Source of the DNA: Arcobacteraceae bacterium
GTDB taxonomy: Bacteria; Campylobacterota; Campylobacteria; Campylobacterales; Arcobacteraceae
Reading direction: 5' to 3'
Length of the DNA stretch: 64,000 nt
Assembly (NCBI GenBank): GCA_965224485.1
Contig: CBDCZH010000019.1
Coordinates: forward strand, 96,001-160,000
Under the pieces are notes generated by a model. The model worked only from the letters and a program-made list of their open reading frames with translations, made no database searches and had not been told where the DNA came from. Positions 19,750 through 29,380 of this stretch are shown here, piece after piece; the stretch's first letter is position 1, and every line of letters starts with the position of its first letter. A program made the position numbers and the translations under genes.

Positions 19750-22125
19750 ATGGTAGATTTTATAAAACGTGACAAAAATGATATTTATTCTAAGCCTATT
19801 TTAGGCTTTTTATTTAAAAATCAAAAATTTTTAATAACTTTAAAAATAGTGGTTTTAGCACTATTTTTATATGCACTTTATTTTGGCTTTGCAAATACAG
19901 GGAAAAACAATATTTTTACAAAAGCTATTTTTTGGGGAATCTTTTGGTCTTTATTTATGGTTGTGACACTTCCCTCATTTGGACGAATTTTTTGTGGAAT
20001 TTGTCCACATGGATTTATGGGTAAATATATCACTAAATTTGGATTAAAAAAAACCATGCCTAAATGGATGCAAAATAAATATATAGGTATATTTTTACTT
20101 GTAATTGGCTGGTGGGCTGTATATTATATGTTTCCAGGACTTTTACGAAGCCCTCTTGGAACTGCTTTAATGTTTACTATTTTAACACTTTTATCTTTTG
20201 TGATTTATTTTATTTATAAAAACATGAGTTATTGTAAATATATCTGTCCAATAGGAACTTTAACTAGTGCCTATTCTAAACTCTCATTTACTTGGCTTGG
20301 CACGTATAAAAGTGCCTGTAGTGAGTGTAAAACATTTGATTGTGCAAAAGCATGTCCGTATAGCTTAAAACCATTTACTTTTGATAAAAAAAATTCTATG
20401 GGTGATTGTACTTTATGTATGGATTGTAGTGATGCCTGTGAGGCTGTTAGTTTTAAATTCAAAAAACCATCAAGCTCACTATTTTCAAACTTTAAAATTG
20501 TAAAAGCTGAAATTTGGGTATATATACTTATATTAGCTTCAATTCCTATAACTATGTCATTTCATCATGGTATTGGAAGAAGTAATGCAGCATCTGAAAT
20601 GATATGGTCAAAAACGGCTGAATTTTTTAAAGCTTTTGTAAATTTTTCTTATATTGATTTTATTGGATTATTTGCTTTTTTGTATGCAGTATTATTTACA
20701 GTACTTGCTGCAACAATTGGTATGTTTATAAGCTCTAAAATACTAAAAAAAGATTTTACAAGTGTATTTTATGATTTAGGCTACTCTTATGCTCCTTTAT
20801 TTATTCTAGGTTCAATTGCTCACTCTTTAGAGGCATTTTTCACAAGAGGATATAAACAAATTCTTGAAGGTTTTGCACAAGGTTTTGGTTTTAGTATTGA
20901 AGTTGCATCTTTAGCAAAAAGAGGTGATTCTTGGCTTCATATGTTTGGCGCGTTAAAATGGATTGCAATTATTTGGGCACTAATTATTTTATATAAAAGA
21001 ATGAAAAGACTTGACGTATCAAAATTAAGAAAAATAATAGCTTACCCTTTTGCTGCATCTTTAGTGATATTTTTCTTAAGTGTTAATATGTATAAAGCTC
21101 ATATTCTTGAAACATATGGAAGAACCTCTAATTCTCATGGAAATCATAATAAACATAAAAATATGAATCACTCTTCTCATAATAACCCTACTTCATATCA
21201 AAATAAAATGATTCAAGAACCTTCTGCTTTAGATAGCATTTATTTTGTAGATAAAGATCCTATGTTAAATAAACAAAGAGCCTCTATGGCTCATAATTAT
21301 GGAAGAAAAAGAGGAGAAATTCCTAGTAAAAAAGTTTGGCCTGTATTTAAAGATGCTTCTAATAGTGTAAATTGTATTAAAGATATAAGTGCTAACTTAT
21401 ATCTACTTGATTATGATTTAAAAGTTACACAAGTAAAACAATCAAAAAAAAGGGGATGTAAAACTATAAGTTTTAAAATGCCTGAAAATGGATACTACAA
21501 TCTTTTTTACACTAATAAAATAGTTAATAATGATATTTTATACAATACCCTAGCAAAATATGAATTTAGAAGATTTAATCATAGCAATGATGCCATTTAT
21601 GATGAGCAAAAAATGTCAGCTCATAGTATAAGAGAGGTTTCTTTTGATATTTTAAGACTTAGAGAAAAAGGTGAAACATTTTATCATAGACTTTATTCTG
21701 GGCAAAAAATTAGATTTAAAGTTTTACTTGATGGAAAAAAAGCTTCAAATATAGATGTAACAATGCAAACAAAAACAGCCTGGGAAAAAACTAGCAAAAC
21801 TAATAAAGAAGGAATAGTTACTTTTACACTTGTAAAAGATTATTTTCCAAAATGGAATGAATTTGATAAAAGACATAAAAATGAGTTTTTAATAAGTGCA
21901 AATTATGCAAAAACGATAAATGGAAGATATGAAAATAAAAAGTATTCAAAGATAAAGTATACAATAAGCTACCCAAGTATGTATTATCCAGAAAGTAGTG
22001 GCTACCAATCATATGCTTATGGATTATTTGCAACAATATTTACTATGCTTATATCTGGATTTGTTATTTATTGGTATAGAAAAAGAAGAGAAAAACCTTT
22101 TCAAGAGGTGAAATTTCATGAATAG
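19750..22125 (+). CDS. NapH-like membrane polyferredoxin fused to a His-rich linker and a DUF4198-like domain with C-terminal TM anchor
   Basis: FCGICPHG, YCKYICPIG, CSECKTFDCAKACP, CTLCMDCSDAC; HGNHNKHKNMNHSSH; GQKIRFKVLLDGK...TNKEGIVTF. Confidence 0.75.
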   Translation: MVDFIKRDKNDIYSKPILGFLFKNQKFLITLKIVVLALFLYALYFGFANTGKNNIFTKAIFWGIFWSLFMVVTLPSFGRIFCGICPHGFMGKYITKFGLKKTMPKWMQNKYIGIFLLVIGWWAVYYMFPGLLRSPLGTALMFTILTLLSFVIYFIYKNMSYCKYICPIGTLTSAYSKLSFTWLGTYKSACSECKTFDCAKACPYSLKPFTFDKKNSMGDCTLCMDCSDACEAVSFKFKKPSSSLFSNFKIVKAEIWVYILILASIPITMSFHHGIGRSNAASEMIWSKTAEFFKAFVNFSYIDFIGLFAFLYAVLFTVLAATIGMFISSKILKKDFTSVFYDLGYSYAPLFILGSIAHSLEAFFTRGYKQILEGFAQGFGFSIEVASLAKRGDSWLHMFGALKWIAIIWALIILYKRMKRLDVSKLRKIIAYPFAASLVIFFLSVNMYKAHILETYGRTSNSHGNHNKHKNMNHSSHNNPTSYQNKMIQEPSALDSIYFVDKDPMLNKQRASMAHNYGRKRGEIPSKKVWPVFKDASNSVNCIKDISANLYLLDYDLKVTQVKQSKKRGCKTISFKMPENGYYNLFYTNKIVNNDILYNTLAKYEFRRFNHSNDAIYDEQKMSAHSIREVSFDILRLREKGETFYHRLYSGQKIRFKVLLDGKKASNIDVTMQTKTAWEKTSKTNKEGIVTFTLVKDYFPKWNEFDKRHKNEFLISANYAKTINGRYENKKYSKIKYTISYPSMYYPESSGYQSYAYGLFATIFTMLISGFVIYWYRKRREKPFQEVKFHE

Positions 22126-23099
22126 AATTAGAAACTTTATAAACAACGCAAATATAAGTAGATTTCGTTTTTTCTTACAATTATTTTTCTTTATAATTTT
22201 TGTTTATGGTAGTTATTTTTCAATAAATCTTGGAAATAAAATCCCTGTATTTTCTTGTGGGTACGACAGAATGAATGGTGCAATGTGTTATTTTTTACCA
22301 CTACAACATCAACTAGCACGTCCTTTAGATGTACTATTTAGTGCTGCTAGTATTACAGTACTAACTGGATTTCTTAACTTTTTTACTTTGGTTTATTGTT
22401 TTTAATAAAGCTTGGTGTGGTTATGCCTGTCCACTTGGAACCATGCAAGATTGGATGACATCATTAAGAAAAAGAATGGGCATACAATACAGTACTTATA
22501 ATCAAGTTCAATTTGATAAATTAAAAAAAATAAAATATATTATGTTAGCCCTTGTTATTCTTGCACCAATGGCTGTTGGAATGGGATTATTAAGTGGTGA
22601 GTGGAGAACTGCTTTTTGCGAAATATGTCCAGGAAGAATGATAACACCTCTATTTGTTGGTGATACATCACAGTGGAGTTTAGACTTTTCAAATACAAGT
22701 GCTATGATTTTGACATCTTTGGGTTTAATGGTTACTGGTTTATTTTTTGTAGGATCGTTTATTAAAAAAAGATTCTTTTGTTTTTTCTGTCCAATGAGTG
22801 CTATGCATTATATTTTTTCTGATGTTTCCGTTCTTAAACTTAAAAAAGATGGGGATAAGTGTACGAAATGTGGTGATTGTTACAATGTTTGTGATATGCA
22901 AATAAAAGATATTGCAGATGATGTTAAAAGTAAAAACATACTAAGAGATGATTGTATATTTTGTATGAAATGTGTAGCTGCTTGTCCTGAAGATGATGCA
23001 TTACATGTTGATATTTTAAATATGAAAGTATTTACATCAACAAAAGGTGGTTTTGTAAAAAGAATGCAGATGGATAAATGGGAGAAAAAAGATGACTAG
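22118..23099 (+). pseudogene. NapH-like 4Fe-4S membrane protein with one extra base at ~22370-22384 (real lesion or sequencing indel)
   Basis: Second frame upstream of 22443 reads FLLWFIVFNKAWCGYACPLGTMQD; then CEICP, CFFCP and two CxxCxxCxxxC motifs. Confidence 0.8.
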
Positions 23100-24369
23100 T
23101 GAACTAAATAAACGAAATATAGAAACACCAAAGCAAAGACAAAATCGTCATAAAGCAATGGAAGCTATGAAAGTATTAAATACTATAAGAGAAGATTTTA
23201 CACCCTTTCCTGAAGCGATGAACTATTTTTATGATTTGTTTGAACGAGTATATTGTAAACAAGAATCTTTACATAAGAACAAAGTAAAAGTAGGAACTAT
23301 GTGTATTCAAGTGCCATCTGAGATAATTTATGCACTGGATGCAGTTCCAATTAGATTATGTAACGGATTTTATACAGATGATGAGATAGGAAGTGATTTT
23401 CTTCCATCTAAATCTTGCCCACTTGTAAAAGCAACAGTAGGACAGTTTGCCTCAAAGAATTTTACAGATAAACCAGATGTTATAGTTTCTCCTACGACTT
23501 GTGATCAAAAAACAAAATCAGGAGCAATTATAGAGAGTTTTGGTTACTCAATTTATGATATGGAGTTTCCAAGAACAAAAGAAAGCGCTGAGAGTCGTGA
23601 GTATTGGAGGAGAAGTGTTAGAAAGTTTACAAAAGAGTTATCTTTAAACTTAGGAGTGAAACTAACAAAGAAAAAACTTAAAGAATCAATTCAAAAAATA
23701 GGATATGCGCAACATCTTTATCATAAATTAAATATATTACGAAAAAACTCAAATTCGCCAATTTTAGGTAAAGATATGTTTTTAGTTACAAATGCCTTCT
23801 TTTTTGACAAAATAGATAATTGGATAGAAGCTGTTAAAAACCTTTTAGAAGAGTGTGAGCAAAGAGTTAAAAATGAAGTAAATTCAGCAAGAAAAAGAAG
23901 TCCAAGAATTGTTTATACTGGTTCACCTCCAATATTTCCAAACTTAAAAATACCACTTTTAATAGAACAATCTGATGCAATAATTGTAGCAGATGAAACT
24001 TGTAGTTCAAATAGAATGTTTAATGACATGATTAGCGTGGATGAATGGTTTGTAAATGATATGGTTGATTCTATTGCAGATAAATACCTTAAAGGGTGTA
24101 CCTGCCCAATATTCACTAAAAATAATGACAGAATAAGAAGAATTATAGATCTTGTTAAAACTTATAAAGCTGAAGGTGTAGTTTATCAAGCATTTGCAGG
24201 TTGCCAAGTATATGAAATGGAGCAAAGATCAGTTTTACAAGCAATGGAAAAAGAAGCAATTCCTATATTGTATATAGAAAGTGATTATTCTCCAAGTCAT
24301 TTAGGACAATTAACCACAAGAATTGAGGCATTTGTAGAGTCTTTAAAAAATAGAAGAAGGAAAAAATAG
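23092..24369 (+). CDS. Double-cubane cluster protein (DCCP)-like member of the 2-hydroxyacyl-CoA dehydratase/benzoyl-CoA reductase family
   Basis: GTMC, RLC, SCPLVK, TTCDQK, DETC, CTCP, AGCQ Cys motifs; C-terminal ESDY...GQLTTRIEAF. Confidence 0.82.
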   Translation: MTSELNKRNIETPKQRQNRHKAMEAMKVLNTIREDFTPFPEAMNYFYDLFERVYCKQESLHKNKVKVGTMCIQVPSEIIYALDAVPIRLCNGFYTDDEIGSDFLPSKSCPLVKATVGQFASKNFTDKPDVIVSPTTCDQKTKSGAIIESFGYSIYDMEFPRTKESAESREYWRRSVRKFTKELSLNLGVKLTKKKLKESIQKIGYAQHLYHKLNILRKNSNSPILGKDMFLVTNAFFFDKIDNWIEAVKNLLEECEQRVKNEVNSARKRSPRIVYTGSPPIFPNLKIPLLIEQSDAIIVADETCSSNRMFNDMISVDEWFVNDMVDSIADKYLKGCTCPIFTKNNDRIRRIIDLVKTYKAEGVVYQAFAGCQVYEMEQRSVLQAMEKEAIPILYIESDYSPSHLGQLTTRIEAFVESLKNRRRKK

Positions 24370-25178
24370 TGAAATATTTCGCAGGAATAGATATAGGTTC
24401 AACTGCTATAAAAGTTGCATTAGTAAATGAAAATCAAGACTTAGTTGGACATAGAATTAGTGCTAGTGGAAGTATGTTTTATAAATATGCAAAACAGAGT
24501 TTAAAAGAAATGCTTGAAAATCTAAATATAGATGAAAAGGATTTAGTTTATACAGTTTCAACTGGCTATGGAAGAAAACTTTTTAAAGAAGCAGATGAAA
24601 ACATAAGTGAAATTACAGCAAATGCTATGGGTGCTGTTGCTGCTGCTAAAGGTAAGTGTAATATAAAAACTATTATAAATATAGGTGGTCAAGATTCAAA
24701 AGCTATTTCACTTGATAGTGAAGGAAATGTAGTGAATTTTGCCATGAATGATAGATGTGCAGCAGGAACTGGAAAATTTCTAGATGTTGTGGCTATGAAT
24801 TTAGAACTTGAAGTTGATGAGTTAGGTGATCGTCATTTTAAATCAAAAGGAACTCCTTTAGCTATAAATAGTACTTGTGCGGTATTTGCAGAATCAGAAA
24901 TTATTGGACTTTTAGGAAATAATCATAGCGTTGAAGATATAGTAGCAGGCGTTCACTACTCAATAGCAAAAAGAGTTATAAAACTAGTTAAAAGAGTTGG
25001 GATAAAAGACTCTATTTATTTTGATGGAGGACCTGCTTTAAATAAAGGTTTAGTTCACTCACTAGAAAATGAATTAGGAAAAGAGATTTTTATACCTGAA
25101 TTTCCACAAATCACCACATCTTATGGAGCAGCTATTTTGGCATATGAAGCTTATACTTATGAAAATGAGGAAAATTAA
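24369..25178 (+). CDS. ASKHA-type ATP-dependent activase (BadF/BadG/HgdC family; DCCP reductase-like)
   Basis: GIDIGST, STGYGR, GGQDSK, MNDRCAAGTG, STCAVFAESE. Confidence 0.92.
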   Translation: MKYFAGIDIGSTAIKVALVNENQDLVGHRISASGSMFYKYAKQSLKEMLENLNIDEKDLVYTVSTGYGRKLFKEADENISEITANAMGAVAAAKGKCNIKTIINIGGQDSKAISLDSEGNVVNFAMNDRCAAGTGKFLDVVAMNLELEVDELGDRHFKSKGTPLAINSTCAVFAESEIIGLLGNNHSVEDIVAGVHYSIAKRVIKLVKRVGIKDSIYFDGGPALNKGLVHSLENELGKEIFIPEFPQITTSYGAAILAYEAYTYENEEN

Positions 25179-25183
25179 AATAT

Positions 25184-28100
25184 ATGTTTGATAGAGTTTT
25201 AAAATTTTTTATTGAAAACTATAAAATAAACTATGCTTTGTTTTTATTACTTTTTATTATTGGTATTTATTCATATAATAAAATACCAAAAGAGATATCT
25301 CCTAGTATTGAAGCCAATAGTGTAACAATAAGAGGTTCTTACAGTGGTGCTTCTGTTGATATTTTAAATAAAATGGCAGTACAAGAGATTGAAAATGAGA
25401 CTAAAAATATAAATGGTGTGAAATCTATAACTTCGGTTATTTCACCAGGTAGATTTTCTATTATTTTAGAACTTAATAAAAGTGCAAATAAACTTAAAGT
25501 AAGAGAAGATGTTAAAGATGCTATAAACACGATAAAATCAAATCTTCCAAGTGATATGAATGAACCTATTGTAAAAAATGTTGCTCATTCAAGAAGTATT
25601 ATGCATGTATCAATTCTTTCATCAAAAGTTCCAAATTATATATTAAAAGATTTAGCTAAAAAATTTAAAAATAAACTTCTAAATTTAAAAAACATTTCAG
25701 ATGTTACTATATTTGGAGACTCTAAGAGGTTTTATGAAGTTTTGATAAATGAAAAAAAGGTTGCCGCATATAATCTTAGTTTAGATGATATTTTAAAAAC
25801 CATTTCTGAGCTATCTTATATTTATCCTTTGGGAAAAATCAATGATATAAAAAAACAATATTACCTCTCAACTTCAAATGGTAAAAGATTCTCAAATGAA
25901 TTTGAAAATACTATTTTAAATATTAATAATCAAAAAATTATGTTAAAAGATATAGCAAAAATCAATAAACGATATGAAGATTCTTCAACATTAGCTAGTA
26001 TGAATGCTAAAAATTCCATAACCTTAGCTATTTCTCAAAATCCAAAAGGTGATGCAATAAGAATAGCAAAAAGCATAAATGAACTTATTTCAAAAATGAA
26101 AATAAAAGATGTTGATTTTGATATAAGAAGAGATCAATCAAGTATTATAAAAGATAGATTAAATATTGTTATTTCAAATATTTTACTTGCAATTATACTT
26201 ATAACATTTTTAACATTTTTACTTATAAATATTCGTATGGCATTTATAATTGCACTTGGAATTCCAACATCATTTATGTTAGGTTCTATTTATTTTTATT
26301 TTACAGGATATAGTATAAATATAAACTCTTTAATTGGTGTTTTAATAGCAATTGGAATTATTGTTGATGATGCTATAGTTGTAAGTGAAAATATACAACA
26401 ATATATTGAAAAAGGGTATTCACCTAAGCAAGCAGCATTCTTAGGAACAAAAGAAGTTGCAAAACCAGTAATCCTAGCTACAATTACTACACTATTTGCT
26501 TTTATACCTTTGTTAATGTTAAGTGGAAGATTAGGAGAGATAATACAACTTATTCCTATTGCCTTTAGTGCTTTAGTAATAGCATCTCTAATAGAATCTT
26601 TTATTTTTTTACCAATTCACGCTACACATATATTGAATAAAAACTCAAGAACTCTTTCTTGGGATAAAATCAATAATTTATATTCAAAACTACTTCAAGT
26701 ATTTGTGAAATATCAAAAAAGCTTTTTATTGATGTTTTTAATAATAGTACCTATTTTAATATATACTGGCGTTAAGAATTCTAAGTTTCAGATGTTTCAA
26801 TCTTTTGATGCAAGCTCAATTAGTATTACATTTAAAGCAATGCCTACAACTAGCCTAGAAGAATCTTTAAAAATAGTACAAAAAATAGAAAAAGATATCT
26901 TAGAAAATGCAGACAAATTTTATGTAAAAAATGTAAGTTCAACTGCTGGATATAGGAAAAGTGCTACAGGAGGTGCTGAAATGTATCCTTATGTTGGATA
27001 TATATCTCTTGAACTTTTCAAGAAAAAACCATCAAATTTTGTTGATATTTATATCACTCCATATTTAAGTTTTTATTATGATGATAAAGACAAAATAAGA
27101 GATGTTTCTTCACAAAAAATATCAAAAGAATTACGAAAATGGCTAAAAATACAAAAATACAAAAAAAGATTTAACTTAAGTAATCTAATGGTTGTAGAAA
27201 AAAGAATGGGTCATGTAAAAGCTGATATTAGAATTGGTGTTGTAAGTGATGATTATCAAAAAGCCATAAAAGCAGTCAGAATACTTGAAAATAGTTTTGA
27301 AAAGATTAAAGGAATAAAATATTTTGGTGATAATATCAAAATGGGTGCAGATGAGATAAAACTGAAAATAAATTCTTATGGTGAAAAGCTTGGCATTACA
27401 GAAAGATTTTTAGGTAATTATATTTCAAATTTATATTTATCAAAAACTTCTGGTGTAATATTTGATAATAAAGAACTTTTAGATGTAAAAATAAAATCCT
27501 TCAATAAAGATGATTTTGAAAATTTCAATCTACTTTCCATACCACTAAAAGATGGTTCATCTGTACAACTTAAAGATATTTGTAAATTTGAAATAATAAA
27601 ATCTTTAGAAAAATTAGTTAAAGATAATGGGGAAACAAACTTTTATGTTTTTGCAAATGTAAACCCATCTATTATAACAGCCAGTGAAGTCATAGAAAAA
27701 ATACAAGCTATAATAAAAAAACTCAAAAAAGATGGAATTAGATTAAAATTTAAAGGAGAAGCACAACAGAAAGAAACTTTAAAAACAGAAATGATTTTAG
27801 CATCAGCCTTAGCTATAGTTTTAATTTTTATCTCTATTTTGTATTTGTTTAATTCATTAAGAGAAACATTTATTGTTATGTCGGTTATTCCCTTTTCATT
27901 TCTTGGTGTATTTTTAGGACATTATATTATGGGTCTAAATATTTCACTTCCTTCTTTAGTAGGGGCATTGGGACTTGCTGGTGTTATTGTAAATGATGGT
28001 ATTATTATGATGGCAACAATAAAAACAGCTAAGCATAAAAGTGATATTTTTTCTTTAGCAAAAAGAAGATTTAGACCAATTATATTGACTTCTATAACTA

Positions 28101-28276
28101 CAATTATAGGTTTAGCATCTTTGATATTTTTTGCATCTGCACAGGCTGTAACTTTTCAACCACTAGCAGTAACTATTGGTTTTGGTCTTTTATGGGGTAC
28201 GATATTAAACCTAATATACCTACCTGTTATGTATAGTTTTTTACGCCAATTTTTAAATAAAGATATAAGTAAATAG
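25184..28276 (+). CDS. RND-family efflux permease (AcrB/CzcA-like)
   Basis: 1030 aa; IVDDAIVVSEN, GVIVNDGI, RFRPIILTSITT. Confidence 0.92.
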   Translation: MFDRVLKFFIENYKINYALFLLLFIIGIYSYNKIPKEISPSIEANSVTIRGSYSGASVDILNKMAVQEIENETKNINGVKSITSVISPGRFSIILELNKSANKLKVREDVKDAINTIKSNLPSDMNEPIVKNVAHSRSIMHVSILSSKVPNYILKDLAKKFKNKLLNLKNISDVTIFGDSKRFYEVLINEKKVAAYNLSLDDILKTISELSYIYPLGKINDIKKQYYLSTSNGKRFSNEFENTILNINNQKIMLKDIAKINKRYEDSSTLASMNAKNSITLAISQNPKGDAIRIAKSINELISKMKIKDVDFDIRRDQSSIIKDRLNIVISNILLAIILITFLTFLLINIRMAFIIALGIPTSFMLGSIYFYFTGYSININSLIGVLIAIGIIVDDAIVVSENIQQYIEKGYSPKQAAFLGTKEVAKPVILATITTLFAFIPLLMLSGRLGEIIQLIPIAFSALVIASLIESFIFLPIHATHILNKNSRTLSWDKINNLYSKLLQVFVKYQKSFLLMFLIIVPILIYTGVKNSKFQMFQSFDASSISITFKAMPTTSLEESLKIVQKIEKDILENADKFYVKNVSSTAGYRKSATGGAEMYPYVGYISLELFKKKPSNFVDIYITPYLSFYYDDKDKIRDVSSQKISKELRKWLKIQKYKKRFNLSNLMVVEKRMGHVKADIRIGVVSDDYQKAIKAVRILENSFEKIKGIKYFGDNIKMGADEIKLKINSYGEKLGITERFLGNYISNLYLSKTSGVIFDNKELLDVKIKSFNKDDFENFNLLSIPLKDGSSVQLKDICKFEIIKSLEKLVKDNGETNFYVFANVNPSIITASEVIEKIQAIIKKLKKDGIRLKFKGEAQQKETLKTEMILASALAIVLIFISILYLFNSLRETFIVMSVIPFSFLGVFLGHYIMGLNISLPSLVGALGLAGVIVNDGIIMMATIKTAKHKSDIFSLAKRRFRPIILTSITTIIGLASLIFFASAQAVTFQPLAVTIGFGLLWGTILNLIYLPVMYSFLRQFLNKDISK

Positions 28277-28294
28277 GCACAATTAATATGTTAA
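28255..28294 (+). repeat. Right copy of ~40-bp direct repeat; contains the RND stop codon
   Basis: aaataaagatataagtaaataggcacaattaatatgttaa versus 18553-18591. Confidence 0.75.
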
Positions 28295-28296
28295 TC

Positions 28297-28896
28297 TTAT
28301 TTGTCTATTAACCAAGAATTTTTAACAGCTAGATTGATTTCACTTTTAACATATGACCATAGTTTAGGAGATAAATCTTTAAGATAAGAGTTTCTTTTTA
28401 GAACTTGAGATTTTGAGATTTTATGCTCCATCCAAGTTCCTCCTTCACATCTCATATTTATAAGTAAGGGTAAAATTCTATCAATAGATTTAGCAAAAAT
28501 AGAATCATTACTTTTACATTCTTCAAACTCTAACCATAAAGAGTTAAACTCTTCTTTTTGCCAAGATGGAAGAATAGAAAAAAGCCTTTTTGCAGCTTTT
28601 AGTTCTTTTATTTCTTGTTCTTTATGATTTATCTCTTCTGCAAAAGCAAATAAATCACCTGAGTCTATTTCAATAATATCATGAATTAAAAGCATTTTGA
28701 TAACTCTTAAAATATCTATTTTTTTAACTGCATACTCTTTTAGTAAAACAGCTGATAATGCGATTTGCCAAGAATGTTCAGCTGAATTCTCTCTTCTAGC
28801 CTTATCACTTTGAACTCGTGTTTGCCTATAAACTGCTTTTAATTTATCAATTTCCATTATAAAATCTACTTGCTGTTTTAACTCATTCATTTTCAA
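28297..28896 (-). CDS. HD-domain phosphohydrolase (HD_3)
   Basis: ENSAEHSW, LIHDIIEIDSGD, AKSIDR. Confidence 0.9.
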   Translation of the reverse strand: MKMNELKQQVDFIMEIDKLKAVYRQTRVQSDKARRENSAEHSWQIALSAVLLKEYAVKKIDILRVIKMLLIHDIIEIDSGDLFAFAEEINHKEQEIKELKAAKRLFSILPSWQKEEFNSLWLEFEECKSNDSIFAKSIDRILPLLINMRCEGGTWMEHKISKSQVLKRNSYLKDLSPKLWSYVKSEINLAVKNSWLIDK

Positions 28897-29067
28897 CCTA
28901 TTTATTAATTTTTTCTTAGAATATTCTAAAAGAGACCACTAACTCTTCACACTTTAGCATTTTTATAATATTTTTTACATTATTTTAAAAATCTCTTATA
29001 TTATACATATTATGGTATAAGTCATTAGCACAATAACTTAATATGACAAACATTAAGAGGAGTAATA

Positions 29068-29331
29068 ATGCAAAGAGAAGAAGAATTAAAAGAACTATTT
29101 ACAGGTCTTAGAAATGTACTTTTTTATGTAGGTCATGGAAAATATAATGATTATATGAGTACTAAAGAAGTTCTAAAAATTAAAGAAAAATTACAAAAAA
29201 TACTTGATTTTCAGATAAAGTATAAAAAAGCTAAAACAGATGAAGAAAAAGAACTTATTTATAAAAAAATATCAAAATATAAAACATTTAGCGTAAAAGA
29301 TTTTATTGACTATAAACTAGAAGATATATAA
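29068..29331 (+). CDS. Hypothetical protein
   Basis: 87-aa ORF with GAGGAG RBS. Confidence 0.65.
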   Translation: MQREEELKELFTGLRNVLFYVGHGKYNDYMSTKEVLKIKEKLQKILDFQIKYKKAKTDEEKELIYKKISKYKTFSVKDFIDYKLEDI

Positions 29332-29380
29332 TTAAACTCTTAATTTTGATATACTTCAAAATATTTATATAGGATATTTA

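Noticed and set aside
23092..25178. Classical 2-hydroxyglutaryl-CoA dehydratase or benzoyl-CoA reductase pathway
   Set aside because: Only one dehydratase-family subunit, and no CoA-transferase, ligase or acyl-CoA dehydrogenase nearby.
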